A stretch of DNA of 32,000 nucleotides from Promethearchaeota archaeon (GTDB lineage: Archaea; Asgardarchaeota; Lokiarchaeia; Sigyniarchaeales; Promethearchaeaceae), in assembly GCA_016933055.1 (NCBI GenBank), contig JAFGBS010000009.1, forward strand, positions 600,001 to 632,000. Direction: 5' to 3'. Below the pieces are notes generated by a model. That model was not told where the DNA came from, searched no databases, and worked only from the letters and a program-made list of their open reading frames with translations. Position numbers and translations under genes: made by a program. Below are positions 1-7,902 of the stretch, in pieces; the stretch's first letter is position 1; the number at the start of each line of letters is the position of its first letter.

Positions 1-101
1 ATTTTGTTTACATATACTGTGCCAAAACTCTCAGATACGTTAAACATCTTGTCTGCAGTTCCCAAAATATTAATGCATAAATCTAAACTAAGACAACGCA
101 T
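1..101 (-). CDS. Possible 5' end of a gene running off the left edge (MRCLSLDLCINILGTADKMFNVSESFGTVYVNK...)
   Basis: ATG at 101 on the minus strand with 33 stop-free codons to the window edge, divergent from the RimK-like gene. Too short to assign a function. Confidence 0.3.
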   Translation of the reverse strand, partial: MRCLSLDLCINILGTADKMFNVSESFGTVYVNK

Positions 102-342
102 TTAAAAGTAATTTTTTTCCCCTAAAATTCACTATGAAGATAATAAAAAAAAAAATAAATTCAGAACATTTATAACGGATTATAAAAGCGTATGGAGGAC
201 TGTTTTTCTCTTAACGATCACGACGTTTCTCTAGTACCGATTTTACAGAAATATTCCGATAATGCTAAACTTCATTCTATTTTTCCCATAAGTTTTTTAA
301 TGTGAATCTAACAAAGAAACAAAAACAACGTTAAAAATTGAT

Positions 343-1272
343 ATGTCTGAAAAAAACGATATGACGGGATGGATCCTTTTCAAAAGAAAGTCTGAAACTA
401 CTCCAGGTTGGGGATCTTATGCCGTAAATAGATTAATGGATGTAGCACCTTCCCGAAACATTTCCCTTAAAGTAATTTCCCCCGATAATTTTGATCTTAT
501 TATTACCCGAGAGAAAAAGACCACATGGATAAATCAACAAGTTGAAAAAATTCCTGATTTTGTCATAACCAGAGTAGGTTCTGGTGCAAGTTATTTTTCT
601 CTTGCAATAATTCGACATTTAGAACGGTTAGGAGTACATACCTTTAATTGCTCAAAGGGAATAGATATCGTTCGGGATAAATTATATGCCCAACAAGTTT
701 TGGTTCAAAGCAACCTTCCTGTTCCAAAAACAATTCTAGTAAAATTCCCGGTGAACATCGATTTAGTAGAAAGATATCTAGGTTTTCCCGTAATAGTAAA
801 AACTGTATTCGGTTCTAAAGGAGCTGGAGTATTTCTATCGGAAGACAGAAGATCATTCGTCGATCTGATGCAGCTTTTAGAAGCAACTAAACCTAATGTG
901 AATATCATCCTTCAAGAAACAATTACCACTAGTCTTGGAAAAGATTTGCGAGTTTTTGTAGTTGGTGGAAAAATAATAGGATGTATGCAAAGAACCAGTA
1001 AAACTGACAGCTTTAAAGCAAATTTCTCCGCAGGGGCAGATGTAGAGGCATATCCTATCAATTCTGAAATCGAATGGCTAGCAAGACAAAGCGCACGAAC
1101 TTTATCATTGGATATTGCGGGAATTGATCTCTTATTTGATGGGGAGCATTTTAAAATATGTGAGGTCAATGCATCCCCTGGATTTAATGGTCTTGAGCAA
1201 GCAAATCCAGGATTAAATGTTCCCAATGAAATATTTGATTACATATCCTTGCGATTGGGAGAGTTTGATTAA
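343..1272 (+). CDS. RimK/LysX-family ATP-grasp amino acid (alpha-L-glutamate-type) ligase
   Basis: Motifs PDFVITRVGS, RDKL...LPVPKT, FPVIVKTVFGSKGAGV, ILQE, DLRVFVVGG, FKANFSAG, GIDLL and CEVNASPGF are typical of RimK-family ATP-grasp enzymes. Alternative start at 361. Confidence 0.9.
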   Translation: MSEKNDMTGWILFKRKSETTPGWGSYAVNRLMDVAPSRNISLKVISPDNFDLIITREKKTTWINQQVEKIPDFVITRVGSGASYFSLAIIRHLERLGVHTFNCSKGIDIVRDKLYAQQVLVQSNLPVPKTILVKFPVNIDLVERYLGFPVIVKTVFGSKGAGVFLSEDRRSFVDLMQLLEATKPNVNIILQETITTSLGKDLRVFVVGGKIIGCMQRTSKTDSFKANFSAGADVEAYPINSEIEWLARQSARTLSLDIAGIDLLFDGEHFKICEVNASPGFNGLEQANPGLNVPNEIFDYISLRLGEFD

Positions 1273-1274
1273 AA

Positions 1275-3128
1275 TTGAAATTTCAATCCTCACCTAAAAT
1301 ATATCAAAATTTTAAGAGTGCGACACCAGAGAATACCCTAAAAAGCCTAACAAATTGTATGCAGCCCTATTTTTTACCACACATGCAATTTCGAGTAAAA
1401 CCTAATTTATATGGCACCGCATGGGGTGCTCAAATGACTTTATTTGGGAATTATGATTATAATGTGAGATCTAATGGAAAGGGAGACACTCCACACTTGG
1501 CAATCTTGAGTGCCCTGGCAGAATTCACTGAGCGAGTTCAGAGTTTTTTACCTTTTCCAATTGCGAATTATCTGCCGCGACTAATGTTAAAACCAGATTT
1601 GGATAAAAATCATCCAGAATATCAAAAATGGGTGGACTTCAATAAAATTTTGAAAAATGAAACGAATAATAAAACTCCCGCTTTTGAACCTTTTGATACC
1701 ACATTTTACAAATTTTACGATGTTATTGAGAACAAGGAGATATACTTGGATCAATCATTCCTTATTTCTCCTAGTAATGGTCGAGCTGCAGGAAATACAT
1801 ATGAAGAAGCAGTAGTAATGGCGATCACTGAAGTCTTCGAACGATATACGACCAGAATGGTTTTATTGAATAATGAAGCTGTCCCCACAATTTCTCTTGA
1901 ATTTTTATCGAATGATCTTCAGGAATATATCAATTCCATAACAAAGGATGATTTCGAGGTATATATCAAAGATTTTTCATTGGGTAAAGGTTTTCCCGTG
2001 GTGGGTATGTTATTCGGCACTTCTGATGTGGGTTATGTATTGAAATCGAGCTCCGATTTATCTTTGAACCGTGCAGTTTCGCGGTGCTTAGGAGATTTTT
2101 TCCAGAATTTCGATTCAGTTCCGCACCGTTTAACGAATGCCGCAAAAAAATCACATACAATGATTCAATATTATGAACAATTCCGGGAGATATTAGAATC
2201 AGAAGTTTCATTACAAGAGCTAAAAGCTAATCGTTTTTCCAGTGACTCTGTATATTCACCAAAGGAACTTGGGTTTTTAGCACAAGATACAGATTTTGAT
2301 TTTGAAACATGGGATTATAGTCATAATGATTTTTATAACGAACTCCTACAATTAATTGAGTTTTATAAATTGAATAAATACCGTCTTTATGTCCGTGATT
2401 TGGGCTGGTTAGGTTTTCCTACTGTCATGGTTTACTCTCCAGATCTTCAACAATATAAATTTTCAATTTACGATCGTGTAGCTTTTTTTGATAAACGAGT
2501 TTTTCCTGGAGAAAAAGTTCGAAAATTCCGAAAAGCGTTATTACAAGATGAAAAGGCAATATTTCATCCCACTATTTTAGATATATTACGAGATCCCACT
2601 TTTCTGTACTTATTTATATTCAAACGCCCAGAATCTGTAGGAATAATGAGAGGATTACCTCATGTGGGAACCCAATTATCTAGTTTTAATGCATGGTATT
2701 TTCTTGGATTATTAGCATTTTATTTTAAAGACATTCATCTTTCTCAAAAATATTTTAGTTGTTTATTAATTGATGAACCAAAAAATGATTTTGCCAAGTG
2801 TGCAATTGAATATTTGAGCTCTCTACCTACAAATGCATGGAGTGGAAATCGAATTGATCCTCAAGTAATAAGAGAAGTTACTGTTAGTCTCACTCATTTT
2901 CCGAAAGAATTACTAGTAGGCGTACTGGATACACTTTCATCAACACAAACTGTGAAAGAAATATTGCAACCTTTGATTGTACCTTGTCCATATTATGAAA
3001 CCACTTGTGTGGGTTGTGAACATAAAGATTATTGTACTTACGGCAAGTTATCTCCCATCCTGCAAAAGTTAGTTAAGGATAAACCAGATAAATTATATTT
3101 TTTTACCGATCCTCTAAGTTCTCCATAA
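1275..3128 (+). CDS. YcaO-domain protein with C-terminal TPR-like helices and a 4-Cys cluster
   Basis: YcaO ATP/Mg motifs NGKGDTPHLAILSALAEFTER and SNGRAAGNTYEEAVVMAITEVFER; C-terminal CPYYETTCVGCEHKDYC. TTG start 2 nt after the RimK-like stop. Confidence 0.88.
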   Translation: MKFQSSPKIYQNFKSATPENTLKSLTNCMQPYFLPHMQFRVKPNLYGTAWGAQMTLFGNYDYNVRSNGKGDTPHLAILSALAEFTERVQSFLPFPIANYLPRLMLKPDLDKNHPEYQKWVDFNKILKNETNNKTPAFEPFDTTFYKFYDVIENKEIYLDQSFLISPSNGRAAGNTYEEAVVMAITEVFERYTTRMVLLNNEAVPTISLEFLSNDLQEYINSITKDDFEVYIKDFSLGKGFPVVGMLFGTSDVGYVLKSSSDLSLNRAVSRCLGDFFQNFDSVPHRLTNAAKKSHTMIQYYEQFREILESEVSLQELKANRFSSDSVYSPKELGFLAQDTDFDFETWDYSHNDFYNELLQLIEFYKLNKYRLYVRDLGWLGFPTVMVYSPDLQQYKFSIYDRVAFFDKRVFPGEKVRKFRKALLQDEKAIFHPTILDILRDPTFLYLFIFKRPESVGIMRGLPHVGTQLSSFNAWYFLGLLAFYFKDIHLSQKYFSCLLIDEPKNDFAKCAIEYLSSLPTNAWSGNRIDPQVIREVTVSLTHFPKELLVGVLDTLSSTQTVKEILQPLIVPCPYYETTCVGCEHKDYCTYGKLSPILQKLVKDKPDKLYFFTDPLSSP

Positions 3129-3139
3129 ATAGAACCGGA

Positions 3140-4585
3140 TTATTTGGAGATCAGAATTTCGTCAAACAATTTTTTATCTGGAACTAGGGACTGAAACAGA
3201 TTTTTTTTGAATTCTCCCTTTTTAGAGATAAATTTCCGAGCGATTTTGTCAATAGCTATTACCCCCATGACCGTTTGAATGAAACTTTCTATTAGATCGT
3301 CCAAACCCAATCCTAGTCTATTAAACTCTCTTCTATCCATTAATAAGAGTCTATTCACATCGGGTTCCCCCCATGTTCCATCAGGATTACGTACGGATAA
3401 ATTCGTTCCCAACATTTCCCATGAATCAATAGTATCGGCTATTTCGTTACTTAGATGTTTACGTGCACGTCTTGCATACATTGCGATAGGACGAAATCCT
3501 TCAGGTGAAGAACAGACCATCATGCGCAAATCAGCTGCAAAAAATTCGTGTTTCAAATTAGGAACTGTACCGATGTGATATAATCGACTTAGTTTCATGT
3601 TGGAACTCCATTGAGAATTTCCTATGAGACTTTGTACGATGAATTTATCATACGGATAGTCTTTTTCCATAAATTGCTGTAGTTCGTGTTGATTCATAAT
3701 TGTGTATACTCCTTGTCCTGCATTTGAGTAAGGATTTTTAATGCAAGCAAACCCTCCCATTCGCTCAACCCATAAGGGAATTTCATTTTTGCTCAAATCC
3801 CAAATTGTTTCGGGTACTCGAATTTGCAATCCGGTATCCTTATAATCCGCATTGAAAAAGTCATATGCTTTTGCAGCTATTAATTTGTTTCTTCCCCCTG
3901 CCAGACAAGCTAAGATCGGATTATAAATCATGGTTTTTGTAATAATAGGAATTTGAGTCCATGGTTTTTGTGTCACATACCGAAATGCAGCTTTAATTTG
4001 AATCCATTGATTATGTTGATTCCTTACATACATTATCCCCTCCTCAAATTTAACGGGAGCGTTAGGATCATCGTAATGAAATTCGACCGCATATACCATA
4101 TCATCAACAAGATCCGCCAAAGTTCGTGCATATCCAATATTCTCCATAGGATTTTTATCATAAATAACGGCTAGTTTTCCATCTGGCAAGTTTTTCTTCT
4201 TTTTCATCGTTGGTAGAAATGAATTTGCTAATAAACGCTCATATCCCCCTCTTCTTTGTTCTTCAATATATGGCATGCTCTTATTTCCGGAAGGACAGGA
4301 ATTAGTCTCGATTAATACCATTTGACGAACTCCTCTGCCAGTAGTGACTGCAAATAGATCTGCTCCCGCCCATCTGAAGTATTTTGGTTTAAAATCGAGC
4401 AATTCACGAAGTTTTTCCTCTTCTACTTGGGGATGAAAATGACAATATCGATAAATAATTTGTTCATTCGTTAAATTCAGGAAATATCGTACCAATGGAT
4501 GTAATTGGGCGTTTAAGACCTTTGGATAATAATGTTCATCAGAATCAAACTCTCCTGGGTGTATTTCGACAGCATAATATAGCAT
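3140..4585 (-). CDS. Circularly permuted ATP-grasp (glutathione-synthetase/CP-ATP-grasp-like) amidoligase, uncharacterised
   Basis: The metal-binding segment GADLF...LIETNSCPSG lies near the N-terminus and is followed by IKNPYSNAGQGV, FIVQ and DLRMMV, the motif order of circularly permuted ATP-grasps. ATG at 4585 preferred; in-frame TTG at 4600. Confidence 0.75.
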   Translation of the reverse strand: MLYYAVEIHPGEFDSDEHYYPKVLNAQLHPLVRYFLNLTNEQIIYRYCHFHPQVEEEKLRELLDFKPKYFRWAGADLFAVTTGRGVRQMVLIETNSCPSGNKSMPYIEEQRRGGYERLLANSFLPTMKKKKNLPDGKLAVIYDKNPMENIGYARTLADLVDDMVYAVEFHYDDPNAPVKFEEGIMYVRNQHNQWIQIKAAFRYVTQKPWTQIPIITKTMIYNPILACLAGGRNKLIAAKAYDFFNADYKDTGLQIRVPETIWDLSKNEIPLWVERMGGFACIKNPYSNAGQGVYTIMNQHELQQFMEKDYPYDKFIVQSLIGNSQWSSNMKLSRLYHIGTVPNLKHEFFAADLRMMVCSSPEGFRPIAMYARRARKHLSNEIADTIDSWEMLGTNLSVRNPDGTWGEPDVNRLLLMDRREFNRLGLGLDDLIESFIQTVMGVIAIDKIARKFISKKGEFKKNLFQSLVPDKKLFDEILISK

Positions 4586-4610
4586 AATTCTCTTTCCCAA
4601 ATTAGATTAT

Positions 4611-5945
4611 TTATAAAAATAATGAGTATAGCACAAGATAAAGAATCCCACATATTAAGTGGATCATTGCAAACAAGGCTCCATTTTTAGTCAATGTCTT
4701 AAAAGTAAATCCTTCTACTTTATTTCGTGTAGCGATTGTGAGAGTCATAACGTCACATGCAGCACCTTGTGGTAGGAAATTTCCCCCCATATTAATTCCG
4801 ATCAATAGTGCAATGATCAATGGATTAAGAGGAAGCTCAGGATTCAATAAAATCAATCCATCAGTAATTGCTAAAAACATTAGAGCTGTAGGAGAATTTG
4901 CCAGAAATCCCGACAATAGGCTACTGAGTACTAAAATAAAAATAGATATTGCTAAGGGACTCTTTGGAAGTATGAGGTTTAAGAAATTCGTTATAATTTC
5001 AATGGTTCCATTAGCAATCATGCATCCAATAATAATATATAAACTCATAAAAAAGAACATCACTTCCCATTCTACTGTCTTAAAATAATCTGCAAGTTTT
5101 TCCTTGTTGATAAGAATCATAAATATTGATCCGACAAGAGCAACTAAAAATGCTTGAGTGGTTAGGAAAAAGGAAATAAACACTATCCCAATAAATATTG
5201 AATTGAGAATAAATTTTTTTTTATTATCAATAACTGCTGATGGAACTAAAATATCTCTCACGAGTTCTTTCCGGAAAGGATCAACCCGTTGATTTTTTTT
5301 TAAAAGAAATAGATCGAGTAATAACATAGTAATTATTAGAACTACGAATCCAAAACCCATAACATTTTTCACGAACCATAGAGTATCTACCGATTCGTTC
5401 ACAAAATGGCCAGCGATGATAATATTCTCAGAGCTGGAAAACGGAGTAATCAAGCTGCCAATGTTTATGCAGATGGTCATTCCAAACAGATACGGAGCGG
5501 ACTTAATCTCCAATATACGGCATGTTCGGATTATAAGAGGCGCAAAAATGATTGCTACCGTAACATCTGCAACCACAGCAGATAATAAAACCGTAATAGT
5601 GCAAATAACATAAAATAGCAGTCGATCATTTCCTTTTGTTAATCTTATCGTCTTAATTGCTATATATTGAAATATCTTCTGGCGTTCGGCTACTGCGATC
5701 ACAACTTGCATTCCAAAAATGAATAATATGGGTTTGAATTCTATCATTCCCACAATGGCTTCATAATATGAATTGAATTCCACCTCTCCTAAGGTGATTG
5801 GTAACTCTTCAGTAAATATCAATATGCCAGCTGATAATAAGGCGGCAAATATCGCCACTGTCAAGTAATCAAGTGTTTCGGTTGAGAATACAACCATTAC
5901 AATTACAAACAAGACTGCAACACTAATAATAGAAAACAAGTTCAT
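4611..5945 (-). CDS. ArsB/NhaD/SLC13-like (ion transporter superfamily) permease
   Basis: About 11-12 hydrophobic segments; two-fold repeated motifs LLSAVVADVT...NIGSLITPFSSSENI and LLSGFLANSP...NMGGNFLPQGAACDV resemble CitMHS/P-protein-type transporters. Confidence 0.85.
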   Translation of the reverse strand: MNLFSIISVAVLFVIVMVVFSTETLDYLTVAIFAALLSAGILIFTEELPITLGEVEFNSYYEAIVGMIEFKPILFIFGMQVVIAVAERQKIFQYIAIKTIRLTKGNDRLLFYVICTITVLLSAVVADVTVAIIFAPLIIRTCRILEIKSAPYLFGMTICINIGSLITPFSSSENIIIAGHFVNESVDTLWFVKNVMGFGFVVLIITMLLLDLFLLKKNQRVDPFRKELVRDILVPSAVIDNKKKFILNSIFIGIVFISFFLTTQAFLVALVGSIFMILINKEKLADYFKTVEWEVMFFFMSLYIIIGCMIANGTIEIITNFLNLILPKSPLAISIFILVLSSLLSGFLANSPTALMFLAITDGLILLNPELPLNPLIIALLIGINMGGNFLPQGAACDVMTLTIATRNKVEGFTFKTLTKNGALFAMIHLICGILYLVLYSLFL

Positions 5946-6369
5946 TGTGGGAAATCTGATTTTTTAGGAAATTTATTACGATAATCGTATATAATGTTTA
6001 TTCTCGTCCTAAGTAGTAAACTCTCTCATTTCAAAATCGAAAGAAACTTTCAAATAGGTGGATTTAAGGCAGTGATGTAAAACTTTTTGTTAGCAATCCA
6101 TTTTACACAATCCCATTCTCTATATCGAGATTTTTCACATTATTATTCTGTAAAAGCTTTCAAGAAACAAGATGTATATATCATCGTCTTACAGATTTCT
6201 CAGAAGGATCTATCTGATTCAACATTAATATATTATGAAATCGGCATTTTCCCATTAATATGCATTAAAAAAAAAAAAAACAACAAAATTTTAAACAACA
6301 AAAAACAACAGAAAACGATCATATTTGGCAAAATCAAATATGTGAGAAGTGATGTCATTGAGCATGGTA

Positions 6370-6792
6370 ATGTCGGTTGATGGTTTAGTTCGGCTCCTCG
6401 GTGATCTGGCCAAAAGTGTCTCGTTTATTGAAGAAGCTTCGCTAATAAGTTCGGAGGGATTACTTATGGCTCATTCAGATATGTCACATGACAAGGAGGG
6501 ACTCAATCGGAATGCTGCGTTGAATGCAACTGTTATGTCTATCGGTCGTGGCATCACTCGTGTTTTTGGACAAGTTGTTCGTCAAATAACCTGCATTTAT
6601 GGGGATGGAAATCTCACTATCATTAATATTGGAGAGGTAATTCTCGCTCTCGTTACGAAAAAAGAACCAACCATGGAATTACTATTTATTGAGAATCCCG
6701 AGAATTCCCCAGAATTCGAGAAATATAAACATGATATTCAAAAAATCCATGCATTTATCAATAAAATCAAAAAAGAACTCGATGATCTGTAG
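6370..6792 (+). CDS. Roadblock/LC7 domain protein with C-terminal helical extension
   Basis: Pattern IEEASLISSEGLLMAHS...AALNATVMSIGRGIT...GNLTIINIGEVILALVT fits a roadblock fold. Start could be 6349 (GTG), 6364 or 6370. Confidence 0.75.
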   Translation: MSVDGLVRLLGDLAKSVSFIEEASLISSEGLLMAHSDMSHDKEGLNRNAALNATVMSIGRGITRVFGQVVRQITCIYGDGNLTIINIGEVILALVTKKEPTMELLFIENPENSPEFEKYKHDIQKIHAFINKIKKELDDL

Positions 6793-6846
6793 ATTAATTT
6801 ATGGGTAATCAAAGCTTTTTAATGAAGATTGTATCTTTTCTAACGT

Positions 6847-7899
6847 ATGGGATCTGTTATTGCATATTTTGATTCATCACATGATCTTGCAGAAGAAATT
6901 ATAATGGCAGCTGGGAAAACACCGTATAAAATTCTCGGGGATGTAAACGTTTCAAATAATCCAGCGGATAAATATTTATTTGAAACTTTTTGTCCCGCTG
7001 CACGCAGTATGCTAACCGAAGCACTTCATTATTCTGAAAAATGGGAAGGAATTATTATAGCTCATGGTTGTGATGCTACACATCGACAATTTGATATCTG
7101 GAAAAAACATGTTCAAAATCCATTCATTTATTTTGTAAACAACCCATTGAGTCGTGTAAGCAAAAGTGGTAGGGATTTTTATCGTACCGAATTACAAACC
7201 TTCATAGAAGCATTAGAAAAACAATATAATGTTAACATCTCGAATGAGAAGCTTCAAAATGCCATTAAAATTTCTAATCAAGTGAAAAAATTACTCCAAA
7301 ATTTAGGAAAACTACGCGAATTCAAAGATATTCCTAATCACGAATATTTCAACATTTGCAAGATAGCGGTTCAAGAGGATAAAAAATCCGTGATCCCTCT
7401 GCTAGAACGAAAATTATCTGAATGGGGAACATATTCTGCTTTCCCTACAAAATTCTCGCGAATCCTATTAACGGGTAGTGATGTAAACTATCCGGAATTC
7501 ATGAATCTGTTGGATAAGGCTAAATTGCGTGTAGTAAGAGACGATTTATCGATCGGTGAGAGATATTACACTGCACTTATTCCTGAGATGCAGGATCCTT
7601 TGGATGCATTAATAGAATATCAATATCTCATTCCTCGACCTGCTACCAAACATCCCGCGGAACCTCGCTTAGATTTTTTGCTTAGAGCCTATGAGAGCTC
7701 CCATATAGAGGGCATTCTCTCACAAAATCTGAAATTTTGTGAAACTTATGCTTTTGATTCCGTATGGTTATCAAACACATTTAAACAAAAAAATATCCCT
7801 TCTATTCATCTGGAACGGGATTTTATTGCAGAAGATCAGCAATTATTTACTCGCTTGGAGGTATTTAAAGAATTACTTAATTCCAAAAGGAGGATTTAA
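6847..7899 (+). CDS. 2-hydroxyacyl-CoA dehydratase / benzoyl-CoA reductase family subunit (HgdB/BcrC-like)
   Basis: Three conserved Fe-S ligand contexts FCPAARS, HGCDAT and KFCETY; RILLTGS; C-terminal TRLEVF. Confidence 0.85.
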   Translation: MGSVIAYFDSSHDLAEEIIMAAGKTPYKILGDVNVSNNPADKYLFETFCPAARSMLTEALHYSEKWEGIIIAHGCDATHRQFDIWKKHVQNPFIYFVNNPLSRVSKSGRDFYRTELQTFIEALEKQYNVNISNEKLQNAIKISNQVKKLLQNLGKLREFKDIPNHEYFNICKIAVQEDKKSVIPLLERKLSEWGTYSAFPTKFSRILLTGSDVNYPEFMNLLDKAKLRVVRDDLSIGERYYTALIPEMQDPLDALIEYQYLIPRPATKHPAEPRLDFLLRAYESSHIEGILSQNLKFCETYAFDSVWLSNTFKQKNIPSIHLERDFIAEDQQLFTRLEVFKELLNSKRRI

Positions 7900-7902
7900 T
7901 TC

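Noticed and set aside
343-1272. RimK-like gene as LysX/ArgX of lysine or arginine biosynthesis
   Set aside because: No lysW carrier or lysYZJK genes nearby; cannot be excluded genome-wide but is unsupported here.
1275-3128. YcaO as the methyl-coenzyme M reductase thioamidation enzyme
   Set aside because: No tfuA or mcr genes in the window, and the protein has a long C-terminal extension; nothing here supports that role.
433-5613. Antisense or nested ORFs of 61-116 aa inside the RimK-like, YcaO, CP-ATP-grasp and permease genes
   Set aside because: Fully overlapped by longer genes with clear motifs; no recognisable motifs of their own. The same applies to the nested ORFs inside purN, E1, GNAT, ATPase, asnS, the kinase, the 784-aa gene and purH.
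6087-6380. 97-aa ORF upstream of the roadblock gene
   Set aside because: TTG start, runs through an A14 tract (6267-6280) giving poly-Lys/Asn, and overlaps the roadblock start; looks like intergenic low-complexity DNA.
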